A DNA stretch of 64,000 nucleotides from Schmidtea polychroa (Eukaryota): the NCBI GenBank assembly GCA_044892525.1, contig CM097885.1, positions 24,988,001 to 25,052,000 on the forward strand, given 5' to 3'. Positions 60,266 to 64,000 of the stretch are shown here, piece by piece; the stretch's first letter is position 1, and each line of letters begins with the position of its first letter. The notes beneath the pieces are model-generated. The model made no database searches. It had not been told where the DNA came from and saw only the letters and a program-made list of their open reading frames with translations. The position numbers were made by a program, and so were the translations under genes.

Positions 60266-61240
60266 TCACCATGTTCCGTCTGAACTTATGCCATTCACTT
60301 TATAAGATTCTATACAGTCATTCATGTAACGTTCAACAAGTCGTACCGCATTGAAATTCCTTTTTCCTGCATATACAATAATCAACTCTTTAAGTACGTC
60401 GAGCAAATACGGCGGCAGAAACTCACTGTGACCGAAAATTGTTTCCATTAATTGGGAAGAGGCGTAGGTTTTTGCAAATATATCTGTAGCAGTCTCATAA
60501 ATGGGTTTGTTTTTCTGTGTAATTGGACCAAATAAATGAACATGATACTTTCTTATGATTTTAACGCAGATGTCGTACGCTAAATCGTATTTGTGGAATT
60601 CATTGTAGAACCGAGCCAAAATCACCATATTTTTGCGCCAAAATATTTCAGTGTCAGGAAAATGATATTCGAAATAGCACGATGTTTCCACCAATAGAAA
60701 TAATCCTTCATCGACAAACTTCCATTTTATCAAGAAAAAGGCTATTTTAAATTTTAAATAGAACTTTTGGCTCTCATTTAGACTGTGAATGTTAGTTAGG
60801 TTTCTAATAGCCTTTCGTGCTAAAGCTCCCGCTTTTTCATAGTTGCTTTGGTATTCCTGGCAGAACGCTTCTGCCAATGGTAGCAAGTTGAATTTAATAG
60901 ACGTCTTTTCGCAAAAGTTTAGCAAAAATCTAGAAGCTAATTCGATTAAATTAGTACCAATAATTGGTGAATCTAAATAAATGACCCTTTTCGCCATTAG
61001 AAGGATAAAAGAACTTATGTTTTCATCATTCCTTCCTTCAATGAGGTATACACGAATGTTACTTTCAATCGTATTAATAGTTTTTTCTGAAAGATTTTCA
61101 TCAATTATTAATAAATGCTTCGGAAGACTGGCGTCAGAAGAAACAGATGTAAGAATACTCCAAAAATCATTTTCATATTGAATCCTCTTAATAAATTTAA
61201 ATAAAAATAACAAAATAGATAAAAAATTGAAAGTAAACAT
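60266..61240 (-). CDS. Unknown 324-aa, probably helical protein with hydrophobic N-terminus
   Basis: Long ATG-started intronless ORF in very AT-rich DNA; no family recognised. Confidence 0.6.
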   Translation of the reverse strand: MFTFNFLSILLFLFKFIKRIQYENDFWSILTSVSSDASLPKHLLIIDENLSEKTINTIESNIRVYLIEGRNDENISSFILLMAKRVIYLDSPIIGTNLIELASRFLLNFCEKTSIKFNLLPLAEAFCQEYQSNYEKAGALARKAIRNLTNIHSLNESQKFYLKFKIAFFLIKWKFVDEGLFLLVETSCYFEYHFPDTEIFWRKNMVILARFYNEFHKYDLAYDICVKIIRKYHVHLFGPITQKNKPIYETATDIFAKTYASSQLMETIFGHSEFLPPYLLDVLKELIIVYAGKRNFNAVRLVERYMNDCIESYKVNGISSDGTW

Positions 61241-61761
61241 AAATAATGCTTTATATCAAGAAAGTATATCCTGTTCAGGTAAATAGGTCTGTTAGGTTTA
61301 TAAACAATTCGGTAGTTTCCTTATTTAGATAAAGGCCCAACAAAATTAAGTTTTATTTCCAACAAAATAGCTTTTCACAATTCATATTCACTTTTTCAAT
61401 CCAATTACCAACAATTTGATTTATTTATTCCGTTCAATAAACAATATAGTCTGTTTCTATTGGTAAATATTCTTAAGGACCACTACCACAAACTATATTT
61501 AAATATAAAACAATTATAAATCTGATAGGTATTAATGATTTAATATGAATCACTCAACGCTCTCTCTGAATAGTTGGTCGAAATCCTGGATTTTGTTTTC
61601 ATACTGAGATCATTAATGTCGTCAACAAAAATTTTAATTAATTAATTTTTAATTTTGTAATTTTTTTCCCTGGGAACCATTGCAGATTTCAAATTATTAT
61701 ATTCATATTTAACTTTTCATTAGTCATCTCTCACACCTTTCGCCCATATTATTTTTAAAAT

Positions 61762-62283
61762 TGTTGGGTTTTATGATACTAAAAAATCGGCCGTTGGTTA
61801 CTCTGACTCCACGTGTCCCAAAATTGACAAACGCAAACTACCAACGTATATTTCTTTTATAGCAAATTTACAATTCTCAATAAATAATTACAACTTTTAG
61901 TTAACCACGATTTTTCTCCCAATTTCCGATCGAACTTTGCTCTGGAGAGTCTCGACCTTGTGCGATTTAAAAATAAGTTTCACCTTTTTATTTGATATTC
62001 CACTCTCTGTTTCGAACTCCTTTAATGCTCCTTTTCTAACTCTTCAGTTCCTCTTATAATTCCTTTTTCTTGAAATTTGTTCCTCAAATTCCTATTGTCA
62101 GTTTCTTCTTCAGTACCTAAGGCTACTACCGATTATCTGAATTTGGAATTTCCTTATATACTCCCATAATCGTTGTAATTGCCCCATTTTTCACCTAATT
62201 GGTTTTGACTTCCTTAGTTATCGTTCTCTAATTAGTTATTTCTGTTGACCCTTTTAGTAATTCCTCTTCTTTTGTTTATCTTG
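61762..62283 (-). mobile_element. LTR 3' fragment related to 57182-57928
   Basis: Reverse-strand AACCCAACA terminus, GACACG...GGAGTCAGAGTAA block, TATATAAGG. Confidence 0.5.
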
Positions 62284-64000
62284 TGGTGGGTTACTGGTGG
62301 TTGAATGTTTAAGTGCTGTTACCAGCGTAACCCAGAATACAACATTGTTTTCCTCTTGGTACCCGTTGAGCAATCAACGTTGGTACTGTACCAAGGGGTT
62401 GAGTACTCGCAAAAAGTGAGCGCGTCAAGCACTGTAATCGTCGAGCACTCTATGGGTTCACGGACGCCGATAGAAGGCACGTGTCCGATTTATTTCGGTC
62501 CCTCATCGAGATTGTTTTGCCAAACACCTTTCTGTCGACCATCTTGTTCTAGACAATCGCAAAGTTTAATCACATATTCATTAGACAACAAGAATCATTT
62601 ATTTAACCACTACTACATTACAAGGTCTGTTTTACTCAGGAGGGGTCGCACTCTCAAATATTCCTCAGGGTCGTGGATTGGCTTCAAGCTCTTTCGATTT
62701 TTCTTGCTCGGCGAGCCAGGCCCTTTTCAATTTGTCTCTTGTATTCCGCCCCAGTCGTTTACGTTTCGGCTTGCTTGCCTGGGTAGGCGGGTATATCTTG
62801 GCCAGCTCCACCGGAAGTGGGCGAATCTGCTCGCAGAGTGTCCTGGATGAACCTTTCGTTCAGTTTGCTCTCAAGCGAGCGCACTTGTAGCTTCAGCGCT
62901 CGGATTTCGAGTTGATCTTGCTCCGCCTGGGTCTGGAGTTGTGCGATGTGTGTTGTCCGTTTCTTCATCTCAGCCGGACTGAACCAAGTACCTTCGAGTT
63001 CTCGGCACTTGACCTTGAGCTTCACGACCCGACTTCGAAAGTCTTCGGCTTGTTGCTGGGCCTGTTCGCGGTCCTTTCGTAGATTTTCGAGGAATTTGTA
63101 CACTAAATGAAGATAATAATGAAGTTCCATAACTAGCTTCCATATGCGTAAATGTGATTCGATTAATTGTATAGAATTAATAGATGAAGGATAGGGAGGG
63201 TCATCTCGTCCCTGGGGACACCCCATACGCAATAAGACCTATATGCAATGACTAAAAGATGATCTATTATACAACGAATATGCACGATGAACAATAATAT
63301 AAAAGTTTTAATAATAAAAATTTCACAAATTGTCATAATTGCTACAAAAACAGGAAAATCAAACGCAACACAGTATCACTAATTGTATCACTCAAATAAT
63401 TTCGTCCGAATTGTCACTACTGATGAGTTAGACCGGGTTCTTACGGGGCCTTCCTCGTTTTCGTGGAGGGGCATCTGCCTCCTTCAGCTCTTCGGGGGTT
63501 ACTCCCTCGGCTTCGGCTCTGAGCTGGAGTTCGAGTCTCCTCAGCCGCATCTGGGACACTTCTACCTCGACGGCCGCTCGATCGCGGGCTTCCCGCAACT
63601 CATTGTTGGTGGGCTCTGTTTTCACCCACGCCGGGGCATCGGGCTCTGGGCCACTTCGGATGACCGGACCGTAATTATCTAGGTCCAACCCCCGGTTCCA
63701 ATCGTGGATCCGGTACCAGATGTACCGGGTCCGGAGCCGCGTGATCATTTGATTGTAGGCTTCATCACCGTTAGAGTCGTCAGAGTGAGACATTCTATAA
63801 TACAAATCGAAATCAGGACACCTTACACAGCCTGATATGAGTCTTTAAGGGACTCGGACAACGGAGTTCATAATTAAAACCTTGCATTCAAAGTTAATCA
63901 TTTTCGATAGTTGTAACTTGGAAAAAAATTTAATGAAGTTGTATAACTAGAGAAACGACTGCAATTACAACCTGGATTTCCGTAATTAATTTTTAGTTAA
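62284..64000 (-). mobile_element. LTR-X copy running off the window end; intact ORF-A, frameshifted ORF-B (~62664-63102)
   Basis: Close homolog of 6245-7750. Confidence 0.85.
63428..63793 (-). CDS. LTR-X ORF-A AT-hook protein
   Basis: MSHSDD...RLRTRYIWY...PPRKRGRPRK; the ATG follows TATAG|A. Confidence 0.75.
   Translation of the reverse strand: MSHSDDSNGDEAYNQMITRLRTRYIWYRIHDWNRGLDLDNYGPVIRSGPEPDAPAWVKTEPTNNELREARDRAAVEVEVSQMRLRRLELQLRAEAEGVTPEELKEADAPPRKRGRPRKNPV

Overview
AT-rich eukaryotic (animal) DNA packed with transposons. The short introns and giant LTRs suggest a triclad flatworm, but this is inference only. Host content: two near-identical cytosolic HSP70 genes inside a ~5.3-kb segmental duplication (offset 31,540 bp), a third HSP70 fragment fused to gag, a decayed MANF/ARMET gene split by an intact Buster-type hAT transposon, and one unknown 324-aa ORF. 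First highlight: a ~17-kb Ty3/Gypsy element (23884-40892; tRNA-Trp PBS, PPT) whose ORFs reconstruct into one ~3,390-codon polyprotein. Its order is Gag with four zinc knuckles, a duplicated helical module, a Bcl-2-like domain, a chuvirus-like fusion glycoprotein upstream of pol, PR-RT-RNaseH-IN, and a second type-I membrane protein. It also carries a separate DEDDh exonuclease gene and a captured DnaJ exon. Second highlight: a different LTR family with a ~5.7-kb LTR (complete solo copy 6245-11978, TTAA TSD; one copy followed by a tRNA-Pro-like PBS). This LTR itself encodes two small, apparently spliced proteins (one AT-hook, one coiled-coil/basic) and is present in about nine pieces. Also present: hATm, Tc1/IS630 (DD34E), a hAT MITE, a 5'-truncated RLE non-LTR element and several tandem repeats. 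All family calls come from motif recognition by eye; no searches were run.
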